A DNA stretch of 64,000 bases from the NCBI GenBank assembly GCA_030141605.1, contig JAQGDQ010000934.1:1-64000 (forward strand), written 5' to 3'. Origin of the DNA: Tubiluchus corallicola (taxonomy: Eukaryota; Animalia; Priapulida). Positions 26,158 through 38,337 of this stretch are shown here, one piece after another. A program made the translations under genes and the position numbers. Below the pieces are notes generated by a model. It was given only the letters and a program-made list of their open reading frames with translations, was not told the origin of the DNA and did not search any database. Position 1 is the stretch's first letter. Each line of letters begins with the position of its first letter.

Positions 26158-26635
26158 AAAGTGTAGTGGAAGCCTTCAGATGAAATCTTTGCGAGTTTTT
26201 ATTTTTTCCCACGTTTTTTTTCAGTTTGTTGTCTTCCCTTCCCACATGATCTTCACCGACTCTTCTTTTCAGGCGTCCATACCATCACAATCTTGCGAGG
26301 CTTCCACTACTTTTACTGTTCCTCTGATATTATTATTTCTAATTTTATCTCTTCTTCTTATTCCCACCATCCATCTCAACATCCTCATCTCCACCACACC
26401 CATTTTCCTCTCTTCGGTCTTCTTTAGAGAAGCTGCTTCCAGCCCATAGATTACAGCGGGTCTGACCACTATCTTTGTGGACTTTCCCTTTAAGTCTCAC
26501 CGACTCATTCATAGAAGGTTTTGGCGCAGTTTTTACAGGCGGATGCCCTTCCTGACCCTAACCCTCCCTATTTATCCGGGCTTGGGACCGGCACTGAGTT
26601 GGGCTGGCTTGCCCCCCCCCCCCGTGGCTAGGTTA
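26158..26635 (-). mobile_element. Internally deleted RTE-clade LINE (5'UTR motif joined to ORF C-terminus)
   Basis: Minus strand: GTGCCGGTCCCAAGCCCGGATAAATAGGGAGGGTT...GGAAGGGCATCCG (recalled RTE 5'UTR motif), then VRPAVIYGLEAASLKKTEERKMGVVEMRMLRWMVGIRRRDKIRNNNIRG, a typical RTE post-RT region. Confidence 0.8.
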
Positions 26636-27736
26636 ATGTGTGAACATTTGTACTGCTAAAATAACCCTATTATAGAACCACTTCTGAGCTGTACAGTACT
26701 AATGAAAACTGCCATCAGAAACAAGAACACTGTTACCATGCACAAAGGAAAAACATTATAGCTCCACTCGAAGACTGAAATATCATCGCACTTCAAAGCG
26801 ATTATCATACGCTTCACGTTTGAAATCTTTTTGATGAAAAGTCATCATGATCTTGCAGTCGTTAAATTCTTCAAGGTTTGTACGTTAATGATTCGGATTA
26901 TATGTTGGCTATTGTTGTAAACGGGTTGAAATCATTAAAACTGTAGTATATAAGGCTTGTGCTTTAAAGAACAAGAAAATGGCCAACCAAAGTAAACCTC
27001 AGAAAATTCGCAATAAAAAATTATATCACCCAAGTATAATCTTAAGCGAATAAACTAATCACGTTTTCGCATTTCGCAATGAGATCTTCACAGTCAAAAT
27101 TAATTCAAATGTGGTCAAAACTTATATTGTACATCAATGTAATATTTGCTAATTTTACACTATTAGCTAATTAGCTAATAAAAACAAAACAAAATGTTTT
27201 CTTTTCTGGGCAGTTTTTATAGGTTCCACAACCATCAACATTAAACAGGCTCAGCCATTTGAGCGTGTTTGATACAAATAGTATAATGTCGAGCGTGTTT
27301 AGCAAAAGCGTGATTCTGATACCATAACAGCTTTCAGCTTTGCACTCCATCGTAAGAGCAGCTACGACCAGCGTCATCAGGCACCTCATTTTAAATGCAC
27401 CTTCACTGACAAAACGCAACACAATTAACACTTAGAGAGGCAGAGGCAAGTGTAAGAGCCTCGCAGTTCTAATGGCTTTAATCGATCCAGAAAAAAAGGA
27501 AGTTTTAAAAGCCGTTTGCTGCTCGCGTGTTGAGTTGCCGCCCTTTTTCCTGCGTTTTGTTCAAGACAGCGCGACACGGCAACGGCACAAATGAACATCC
27601 CTGAGGGACGCCCGAAAGCCTGCTGAGGCGTGATTGAGTGTGAATATTTTATGAAGTGGCTTGTCAGTTATCCTAATAGGGTTTCTCCTCAGTGATCACG
27701 ACAGGCTTCAGATTATTGGAAAATAGATGTACTTAC

Positions 27737-28985
27737 TTGTCAGCAACAATCATGCTACTTCAGGAGGCATGCGGAGGGACACAACATTGTCAGCAACAAT
27801 CATGCTACTTCAGGAGGCATGCGGAGACACACAACATTGTCAGCAACAATCATGCTACTACAGGAAGCATGCGGAGGGACACCACATTGTCAGCAACAAT
27901 CACGCTACTTCAGGAGGCATGCGGAGACACACAACATTGTCAGCAACAATCATGCTACTTCAGGAAGCATGCGGAGGCACACAACGTTGTCAGCAACAAT
28001 CATGCTACTTCAGGAAGCATGCGGAGGCACACAACGTTGTCAGCAGCAATCATGCTACTTCAGCAAGCATGCGGAGGGACACCACATTGTCAGCAGCAAT
28101 CATGCTACTTCAGGAGGCATGCGGAGGGACACAACATTGTCAGCAGCAATCATGCTACTTCAGGAAGCATGCGGAGGGACACAACATTGTCAGCAACAAT
28201 CATGCTACTTCAGGAAGCATGCGGAGGGACACAACATTGTCAGCAACAATCATGCTACTTCAGGAGGCATGCGGAGGGACACAACATTGTCAGCAACAAT
28301 CATGCTACTTCAGGAGGCATGCGGAGGGACACAACATTGTCAGCAGCAATCATGCTACTTCAGCAAGCATGCGGAGGGAGACAACATTGTCAGCAACAAT
28401 CATGCTACTTCAGGAAGCATGCGGAGGGACACAACATTGTCAGCAACAATCATGCTACTACAGGAGGCATGCGGAGGGATACAACATTGTCAGCAACAAT
28501 CATGCTACTTCAGGAGGCATGCGGAGGGACACAACATTGTCAGCAACAATCATGCTACTTCAGGAGGCATGCGGAGGGACACAACATTGTCAGCAGCAAT
28601 CATGCTACTTCAGCAAGCATGCGGAGGGAGACAACATTGTCAGCAACAATCATGCTACTTCAGGAGGCATGCGGAGGGACACAACATTGTCAGCAACAAT
28701 CATGCTACTACAGGAGGCATGCGGAGGGACACAACATTGTCAGCAACAATCATGCTACTGCAGGAAGCATGCGGAGGGATACAACATTGTCAGCAACAAT
28801 CTTGCTACTTCAGGAAGCATGCGGAGGGACACAACATTGTCAGCAACAATCATGCTACTACAGGAGGCATGCGGAGGGATACAACATTGTCAGCAACAAT
28901 CATGCTACTTCAGGAGGCATGCGGAGGGACACAACATTGTCAGCAACAATCATGCTACTTCAGCAAGCATGCGGAGGGATACAAC
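27737..28985 (+). repeat. 50-bp minisatellite, ~25 units (left arm of large inverted repeat)
   Basis: gtcagcaacaatcatgctacttcaggaggcatgcggagggacacaacatt. Confidence 0.95.
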
Positions 28986-29279
28986 AATAATTACAACAAT
29001 TTCCTCAAGCAGTAAAATTTCACAGTTACGTTAACTTCACTACGTTACAGTAATTTTATCTTCACGGGTCTGTGAAAATGTTCCCGACGATACGCTTGAT
29101 TAGTTAGGTAATGAATTAACAAACAGAGCAACGTATATCAGAAGTGTGAGCAACATGGGTCAAAAATCTAAAATCTCGAGAGCACTGGAAATGGGGGTTT
29201 GTAGTATTGTATTTAGATAAGAGTCAGTATTAAGAACGTGCCAATAAAAACCTAATGCTGTAGAGTCTGTTTGCCCCCC

Positions 29280-29340
29280 CTCTCGCTCCTCTCTCTTGCT
29301 CTCTCTCTCTCCCTCCTGTCTCTCTCTCCCTACTATCTCC

Positions 29341-29422
<82 letters not shown>

Positions 29423-29489
29423 CCTTTCTCTTTCTCTCTCTATCTTACCTGTAAAAAGAGGTTAATAAAAGAGTTATAATAATAATCTT

Positions 29490-29537
<48 letters not shown>

Positions 29538-29540
29538 TTG

Positions 29541-29623
<83 letters not shown>

Positions 29624-29682
29624 TCTCTTTCTGTCTCTCTCTCTCTCTCTCTCTCTCACTCACCCACTCACTCACTCACTCA
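29280..29682. repeat. (CT)n-rich microsatellites
   Basis: Seen directly. Confidence 0.9.
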
Positions 29683-30535
29683 CATAGCTTATATATTTGC
29701 TGCATTTTGCACTAAATGCCACTTCCAGCTCTCTAAAATGTTTCAAGATTTTTTAACCACTGCTAGGCCCTTTCAACGATTTTACCATTCCAGATTTCTA
29801 GCCACTTTCATAACCTAATATGCAGATTAATATAGAGCTTTATACTTCCACTTTCAATTACTTTTTTGAAAAAGCTCAAAGCAATGTAACAAGACTTAAT
29901 CATGTTAAAAAGATTATTAATCTCAGCCTCAAGATTCGAAATGAGTTTATTTTGCAGAACCATTCCTAGGAGAACACCATAAGAAAGTAGTACATCAACA
30001 TGTGTTACTCGACGTCAACAACCACGTCAGCAAATAAACAAACTAGTAAACATGTCAGTTACGCAATCACAGTAGCTTGAATAAATATATGAATATCTGT
30101 TTCCCATTAACTCCTCCTGGGGCACAAACCAGCCGTATAGACTGGCTTCCTAACAATTACCCATATCCACATGGATAGAATGAGTTGAATGCACTCTATA
30201 TTTGTTGCTCTACCGAGGGTAATAAACTCATTCACAAAACTAAAAAACACAACGGCACTTTAACAGCACCAGTTCCCAAATCACAATGTTTTAAACCCAA
30301 TACGTGGAGGTATTACGGACAAGTGGGACAATAAGAAGGATTATTCTCTAATCACAGCAAAACTGTCTACATGGAACGAAAGCAGACTGATTGCCATTTG
30401 AAAAAGAGGTTTAACGGATTTGAATCGTTCAGCAAGTGAATGAAAGCATTGGGAGACTTGTTTCTTACAACAGATTGCGGTTTGAATGATAAACAGGAAA
30501 ACCGAATCCATGTGGAATGGCAAAAACTACAGCCA

Positions 30536-30655
30536 TTCTACGGCCATATCACGTTGAAAACACCGGTTCTCGTCTAATCGCCGAAGTTAAGCAACATAGA
30601 GACTGGTTAGTACTTGGATGGGTGACCGCCTAGGAATACCAGGTGCTGTAGGCTT
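30536..30655 (+). rRNA. 5S rRNA: 5S rRNA-derived sequence (full 120 nt; probably a retroposed SINE head or pseudogene)
   Basis: (T)TCTACGGCCATATCACGTTGAAAACACCGGTTCTCG...GAAGTTAAGCAA...GGTTAGTACTTGGATGGGTGACCGCCT.GGAATACC.GGTGCTGTAGGCTT; several CpG-type changes; no oligo-T terminator. Confidence 0.9.
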
Positions 30656-31083
30656 GCGGGATGACCACACTGTATTTCGACACTAGGCGGAGGAGCTGCA
30701 CAAGCAGCCAACAGCTAGAGGGAGGAGGAGGTCAAGTGACCAAACGTCCATGTGTAGAGGACTAAACCTTCCAAATCAGGAGTGGAGTCCCGAAGGCGGA
30801 CCAGTGCAGCATGCTCACTGACTCCGGCAGCTCCTGCAGCCAACCTGGTGCCAAACGTATCGCTCCGCTTTCCTTTGGACTACACCAGGGAGGAAGAGAG
30901 GAGGTTCCTGTTGTCTGGGCAACTCAGGATCTCCATACACCTTGCCCAGGCGTGTCCCCTGGAGACGTTCAAGGATCGGACTGCTCAGCCACAGTCGACG
31001 CTGCAGCTCCATCAATGTGATCAATGACTGACTCTCTTGACGCACACTCCATTGTATTCCGAGACAGAAGGATGCCAACAACA
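30538..31083 (+). mobile_element. 5S-headed retroposon (SINE3-like) with RTE-derived 3' end
   Basis: 12-bp TSD ACAGCCATTCTA (30529-30540, 31084-31095); (CAA)n tail; 3' part translates SRIGLLSHSRRCSSIN* (RTE C-terminal Zn-finger remnant). Confidence 0.8.
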
Positions 31084-31497
31084 ACAGCCATTCTAAATGT
31101 TCAGGGTGGTAAACGTTCAGACAAACAAGATTGTCTTACAAAAACAGCGTAGGAGGCTACCATTTCAGGTAACTAGCACCTGAAACTGAAGCCTATTTTG
31201 GTATTGACCAGAGGTGTACACTGAACGCTGATGAAGATCACGGGATGAACGAACAATGAAACGCGTTAAGATAATGACATGGCGAATAGAAGTAATGACA
31301 ATAAAAATGTTAGAAATGATGATATACGTAGTAACGACAAAGTTAATATAGACGATGATCACAATGAAGCTAAAAATGATCAAAACAGTGAGCTCAAAGA
31401 ATATAACAAATGATAATTCAGATGATTAAAGTGATGATAATGGAAATGTTGACAAAGTTGTAATATGTGGCAGTAAAATAATGACAGTAGTGATAGC

Positions 31498-32130
31498 AAA
31501 GAGAATAAGAGAGACACCGAGGATCCAGGAACGATCAGGTAGCTTTCTCCTTTGCCCCGCCCCCCCAAATGTGATCCCCCCCAAATGTGATCCAGGAACG
31601 ACCAGGTAGCTTTCTCCTTTGCCCCGCCAAATGTGATCTCAAAGAGAATAAGAGAGACACCGAGGATCCAGAAACGACCAGGTAGCTTTCTCCTTTGCCC
31701 CTCCAACCCCCCAATGTGATCTCAAAGAGAATAAGAGAGACACCGAGGATCCAGAAACGACCAGGTAGCTTTCTCCTTTGCCCCTCCCCCCCCCAATGTG
31801 ATCTCAAAGAGAATAAGAGAGACACCGAGGATCCAGAAACGACCAGGTAGCTTTCTCCTTTGCCCCTCCAACCCCCCAATGTGATCTCAAAGAGAATAAG
31901 AGAGACACCGAGGATCCAGAAACGACCAGGTAGCTTTCTCCTTTGCCCCTCCCCCCCAAATGTGATCTCAAAGAGAATAAGAGAGACACCGAGGATCCAG
32001 AAACGACCAGGTAGCTTTCTCCTTTGCCCCTCCCCCCCAAATGTGATCTCAAAGAGAATAAGAGAGACACCGAGGATCCAGAAACGACCAGGTAGTTTTC
32101 TCGCCCCTCCCCCTGCAAGATCTCAAAGAG

Positions 32131-32135
<5 letters not shown>
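31498..32135. repeat. ~81-bp minisatellite, ~8 units
   Basis: aaagagaataagagagacaccgaggatccagaaacgaccaggtagctttctcctttgcccctcccccccaaatgtgatctc. Confidence 0.9.
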
Positions 32136-32224
<89 letters not shown>

Positions 32225-32344
32225 AGAGAGAGAGAAAGTAAGAGAGAGAGAGAAAGAGGGAGAAAGAGAGAAAGCAAGAGAAAGAGAAAGCGAAGAAGAA
32301 GGAGCGAGGGAGAGAGAGAGCAAGAGAGAGAGGGGAGAGATAGG

Positions 32345-32384
<40 letters not shown>

Positions 32385-32415
32385 TAGGAGGGAGAGAGAG
32401 AGAGAGAGAAGAGGG

Positions 32416-32459
<44 letters not shown>

Positions 32460-33792
32460 AAACAGACTCTACAGCATTAGGTTTTTATTGGCACGTTCTT
32501 AATACTGACTCTTATCTAAATACATTACTACAAACCCCCATTTCCAGTGCTCTCGAGATTTTAGATATTTGACCCATGTTGCTCACACTTCTGATATACG
32601 TTGCTCTGTTTGTTAATTCATTACCTAACTAATCAAGCGTATCGTCAGGGGCATTTTCACAGACTTGTGAAGATAAAATTACTGTAACGTAGTGAAGTTA
32701 ACGTAACTGTGAAATTTTATTGCTTGAGGAAATTGTTGTAATTATTGTTGTATCCCTCCGCATGCCTCCTGTAGTAGCATGATTGTTGCTGACAATGTTG
32801 TGTCCCTCCGCATGCTTCCTGAAGTAGCATGATTGTTGCTGACAATGTTGTATCCCTCCGCATGCTTCCTGAAGTAGCATGATTGCTGCTGACAATGTTG
32901 TGTCCCTCCGCATGCCTCCTGAAGTAGCATGATTGTTGCTGACAATGTTGTGTCCCTCCGCATGCCTCCTGAAGTAGCATGATTGTTGCTGACAATGTTG
33001 TATCCCTCCGCATGCCTCCTGTAGTAGCATGATTGTTGCTGACAATGTTGTGTCCCTCCGCATGCTTCCTGAAGTAGCATGATTGTTGCTGACAATGTTG
33101 TGTCCCTCCGCATGCTTGCTGAAGTAGCATGATTGTTGCTGACAATGTTGTATCCCTCCGCATGCCTCCTGTCGTAGCATGATTGTTGCTGACAATGTTG
33201 TGTCCCTCCGCATGCTTCCTGAAGTAGCAAGATTGTTGCTGACAATGTTGTATCCCTCCGCATGCTTCCTGCAGTAGCATGATTGTTGCTGACAATGTTG
33301 TGTCCCTCCGCATGCCTCCTGGAGTAGCATGATTGTTGCTGACAATGTTGTGTGTCTCCGCATGCTTCCTGCAGTAGCAAGATTGTTGCTGACAATGTTG
33401 TGTCCCTCCGCATGCCTCCTGTAGTAGCATGATTGTTGCTGACAATGTTGTGTCCCTCCGCATGCCTCCTGTAGTAGCATGATTGTTGCTGACAATGTTG
33501 TGTCCCTCCGCATGCTTCCTGAAGTAGCATGATTGTTGCTGACAATGTTGTGTCCCTCCGCATGCTTGCTGAAGTAGCATGATTGCTGCTGACAATGTTG
33601 TATCCCTCCGCATGCCTCCTGAAGTAGCTTGATTGCTGCTGACAATGTGTGTCCCTCCGCATGCTTCCTGAAGTAGCATGATTGCTGCTGACAACGTTGT
33701 GTCCCTCCGCATGCTTCACAGTAGCATGATTGTTGCTGACAACGTTGTGTGCCTCCGCATGCCTCCTGAAGTAGCATGATTGTTGCTGACAA
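32136..33792 (-). repeat. Right arm of large inverted repeat: (GA)n + ~290-bp unique + 50-bp minisatellite (~21 units)
   Basis: Reverse complement of 27737-29445. Confidence 0.9.
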
Positions 33793-34490
33793 CAACGTGG
33801 ACAGCCAAGACAACAACACGTGGACAGCCAAGAGAACACGTGGACAGCCAAGACAACAACACGTGGACAGCCAAGACAACAACACGTGGACAGCCAAGAC
33901 AACAACACGTGGACAGCCAAGACTACAACACGTGGACAGCCAAGGCAACAACACGTGGACAGCCAAGACAACAACACGTAAACAGCCAAGACAACAACAC
34001 GTGAACAGCCAAGACAACAACACGTGGACAGCCAAGACAACAACACGTGGACAGCCAAGACAACAACACGTGGACAGCCAAGACAACAACACGTGGACAG
34101 CCAAGACAACAACACGTGGACAGCCAAGAGAACAACACGTGGACAGCCAAGACAACAACACGTGGACAGCCAAGACAACAACACGTGGACAGCCAAGACA
34201 ACAACACGTGGACAGCCAAGACAACAACACGTGGACAGCCAAGACAACAACACGTGGACAGCCAAGACAACAACACGTGGACAGCCAAGACAACAACACG
34301 TGGACAGCCAAGACAACAACACGTGGACAGCCAAGAGAACAACACGTGGACAGCCAAGACAACAACACGTGGACAGCCAAGACTACAACACGTGGACAGC
34401 CAAGAGAACAACACGTGGACAGCCAAGACAACAACACGTGGACAGCCAAGACAACAACACGTGGACAGCCAAGACAACAACACGTGGACC
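33790..34490. repeat. 23-bp minisatellite, ~30 units
   Basis: acaacaacacgtggacagccaag. Confidence 0.95.
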
Positions 34491-35108
34491 CAAATGCTCA
34501 AAAGAAACTGCTCGTTACATAAAGATTTGAGGAAAATTTATCAAGTTCTGACTTCTCGTACCGACTTTTTGCACGACAAACATTTGGGATGAGAGCGAAA
34601 CAACCCGTTCCTTCCCCGCATAGAATTCCTGGAAAATGAATGTAAGGAAATAAACTTCCACTTCCCTGAGCAAAAATACATCCAACAATCGATGATGGTA
34701 GCAAGGCATTCTTATTAGAATTTCTCTCCCACTCACAGGGATAAATAAAGAACGATTTTGCTCAAATTGGCGGTAAATAACTCGGATTTCGGCGTTAAAG
34801 AGTTAATAAGAAATCCGACAGTCAGTCGCACCTCGTTTGTACGACTCTGTGACGGGTTTACATCTCAGTACATAATGATGCATTCTGCGTTTTCCAATTC
34901 AGATTATTACACATTTCAAAGACAGCTCGTACGCTTGACATTTTCAGACTCTGACGGCTGAAATTATAGATTATGAATTACATGGTGAATTGCAAACAGT
35001 TCGCAATGATGCGTCACGTGTTTCCGTACGCAGCAGCTCTCTGTGAGTGCACGATTATGGACTAGCAGTGTGAAATTTACACGAAAAACAAAATTAATGC
35101 TTGTTTTG

Positions 35109-35461
35109 AGCTACGACTCCATGTGCGCGTGATGCGTGATGCGTGAAGCGTATACAACAGTTTAAATTTAAACACATGGAAGTGTTTCAATGTGTGCGTA
35201 ATGCGTAATGCGTGATACGTGAAGCGTATACAACAGTTTAAATTTAAACACATGGACCTGTCTCAATGTGTATGTAATGCGTAATCCGTAATGCGTGATA
35301 CGTGAAGCGTATACAACAGTTTAAATTTACACACATAGAAGTGTTTCAATGTGTGCGTAATGCGTAATCCGGAATGCGTGATACGTGTTCACTCGAAAGT
35401 GATGGCTATCGTCTGAATACGCATAACGCATTACGGATAACGCGCGCATGGAGTCGTAGAT
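35109..35461. mobile_element. PIF/Harbinger-like MITE with internal ~72-79-bp tandem repeats
   Basis: TIR CTACGACTCCATG(T/C)GCGCGT...ACGCGCGCATGGAGTCGTAG; imperfect 3-bp flank (TTG/TTA). Confidence 0.6.
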
Positions 35462-35857
35462 TTAATGCCCGTTGTCAGCTAATAAGGCGTCCACACGGTC
35501 ATTCAAAACACTGTCATTCTTGAGTTTCTCAGTGTTGACGGGCCGTGTGGACGGGGAGAATGATAACGACACTTTGAATCTCAATCAACCTGTTCTTGAT
35601 ATTCTCAGGGTGGGTCGTCATTCTTGGAATGAACAGCCAATCACAATGCGCGCTGGTGACTCAGCTAGATGAGCGGGGGTGCAAGCCAATCATAATGCGC
35701 GCTGGTGACTCAGCTAGATGAGCGGGTGTGCAAACGGCGCGCTCTCACTAAGACACCGAATTTTAATAAAAAGTGACTGTACAAGTTATATTTTGTAGTG
35801 CATGAGTGCAGAAATGTGGTGCTATTTCAGAAATGAAGAGAGGTGACAGAACAACTC

Positions 35858-36615
35858 ATCTACATATAGAAACTGCTCAGAGTTAGTATTGCACCAACGG
35901 TCATCCATCCATCCATCTGAACAACCCTTCTACATATAGAAACTTCTCAGAGTTAGTATTGCACCAACGGTCATCCATCCATCCATCTGAACAACCCTTC
36001 TACATATAGAAACGTCTCGGAGTTAGTATTGCACCAACGGTCATCCATCCATCCATCCAACTGAACAACCCTTCTACATATAGAAACTTCTCAGAGTTAG
36101 TATTGCACCAACGGTCATCCATCCATCCATCCATCCATCCATCCATCCATCCATCCGAACAACCCTTCTACATATAGAAACTTCTCAGAGTTAGTATTGC
36201 ACCAACGGTCATCCATCCATCCATCCATCCATCCATCCATCCATCCATCCATCCATCCATCCATCCATCCATCCGAACAACCCTTCTACATACAGAAACT
36301 TCTCAGAGTTAGTATTGCACCAATGGTCATCCATCCATCCATCCATCCATCCATCCATCTGAACAACCCATCTACATATAGAAACCTCTCAGAGTTAGTA
36401 TTGCACCAACGGTCATTCATCCATCCATCCATCCATCCATCCATCCATCCATCCATCCATCCATCCATCCATCCATCCATCCATCCATCCATCCATCCAT
36501 CCATCCATCCATCCATCCATCCATCCATCCATCCATCCATCCATCCGAACAATCCTTCTACATACAGAAACTTCTCAGAGTTAGTATTGCACCAATGGTC
36601 ATCCATCCATCCATG
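35858..36615. repeat. Composite minisatellite: ~58-bp core + variable (ATCC)n, 8 units
   Basis: tctacatatagaaacttctcagagttagtattgcaccaacggtc(atcc)n gaacaaccct. Confidence 0.9.
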
Positions 36616-37112
36616 CCCCTTCATAAAGTCCTGAATCCCAGCTTGCAAAGCGCTGAACTTACGGATAATCAACTTATATGTAGAAGAATGTTTATATGAA
36701 CCATAAAAAGACCCCAGCAAAATTTCACAAAAGCGGAATTACATTTCACACAAATATTTCTCTAATCGGATGATGAACAAAGTTTGAACTTAGTTTGTAT
36801 GGCGTAATAATTTCCTACATCACTATGGTGACAGCAGCAGCATCAGCATCAGCAGCAGCTTGATTATCCTGACTGATGGATGCTGCAATGATTAGTGAAC
36901 GCTCGAGGAATTTCATTACATCAGTGATTTCGTTATTAACTTGATGAAAGTCCAGCAAATCATGTCAACGATTAGATTTTCTGGTTCGCGTGTGTTTGGT
37001 ATGCTATCGTGGTCATTGCACTAACAGAGAAACATGTGTCAGATACTGTCCTTGAACTACAAAACACATATATGGTCAATTTCTGCATGCATCTTACAGC
37101 TAGCAGTTGGTA

Positions 37113-37390
37113 ACTGGCCGCTCCTATGCAAAAGTATATAAAAACTGTCTGCAATTGACTCAAATAACTCCGCACAATTGATTCTATATTTTTATACATA
37201 GAGATATACACGTGGTTACACTGATGTACGTGATGTAAACAAAGTGACCTGCCAACTAGCGGTCAGCTTGTGAAATAATGTACTGGGTCCGTAAAAATTT
37301 TCTCAACGAATTTTTGCGATTTACAAAAATGGCACTACTGGTCTTCAAAAACTCGGAATTCCGCGTGTCCGCGGAATATTCTCATCCCTG
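37113..37390 (+). mobile_element. Partial copy of hAT-like MITE 6936-7420 (right half)
   Basis: Near-identical to 7139-7420, ending TTCTCATCCCTG. Confidence 0.75.
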
Positions 37391-38337
37391 CATTATATAA
37401 TTAATGCAAAGTTCAAAGACATGACTCATACATACAAAGGCATGACAATTCGACAAGTGGGCCAGTTCATTACTAGGGCCATTTGGAAATGTCTAATAAG
37501 TCTATCAAAAGAGTTAAAACTGCAAAAAGGTCCGTATATTAGTCACTCTAACGGCTGCACTCACTTGCACAGTATACATACATAAGACATGACGTCATAT
37601 TAGAAATGAGACGTGACAGAGATGAGTTGATTATTCACTGATCACACTCCTCACGAGAACTGAAACTAGACCAGATGAAGCTGCATCGAATTTACGGAAT
37701 TTATGAAGAAAAGCAGAACGTGCTATGTGTGTAACAAACTACTTACTTCAACCTCATGCTTTGCAAATACCAGTGAAATAAGAACAGCCGATTGGATTCA
37801 TAGCAATAGTAAGGGTTATTAAAAAGAGCCCAAAAATAACAGGAGGCTAAAAAGGAGAGGAAGGAGAAAACACACAAAAAGAGAAGTTGGGTATCATTAT
37901 ATACTTGTTAAACAGAAAAGGTGGTAATGAAATGATTAAAATTACTCAGTTAAATCACTTCGTTAAACTATAAATTTCTAATCCCCACTCATTTGAATCA
38001 CCAGCATTGTATAATTAGCTTTTTAATAATTACACAGGACTGTGTAGCCCTTCCCAACAAATACGAGGGAAAATTGTTTTAAGAAAACAGCTGGACTTCT
38101 CTTTTTTCTTCGTGACTGTCAAAGTCTTGGTAAGTTGTTGAATGAGAATTTGACAAGTTATGTAATTTTTGTCTCACATAAATTCAATCTAAGAAGGCAG
38201 TGGTTTTTGTTATTACATTCGAAGGTGTTTTGTGTTGCTAAAGATCAAGCATGTTAGTTTGTGATAAAATATTGTCTGGCAATTTAGATGAAGCGTGCAC
38301 GCAGTAAGAGATTGCTAGCTTACGTATAACAATACTT

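Noticed and set aside
26500-26635. HDV-like ribozyme in the RTE 5'UTR
   Set aside because: Some RTEs carry one, but I could not build the nested double pseudoknot by eye; needs an Infernal/RNArobo search.
30536-30655. Functional 5S rDNA gene
   Set aside because: Single copy, no oligo-T terminator, substitutions at conserved positions, and enclosed with other sequence by one TSD.
31226-31272. Possible fourth hammerhead (CTGATGAAG...GAAACGCGT)
   Set aside because: No convincing stem II or stem I pairing; at best a decayed relic.
27692-34592. Long ORFs of 250-583 aa in several frames
   Set aside because: They arise from stop-free 50-bp and 23-bp tandem units open in all three frames; no domain or splice structure.
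35858-36615. CRISPR-like repeat/spacer appearance (also 16285-17712)
   Set aside because: The spacers are microsatellite or sub-repeat sequence rather than unique; the context is eukaryotic and there are no cas genes.
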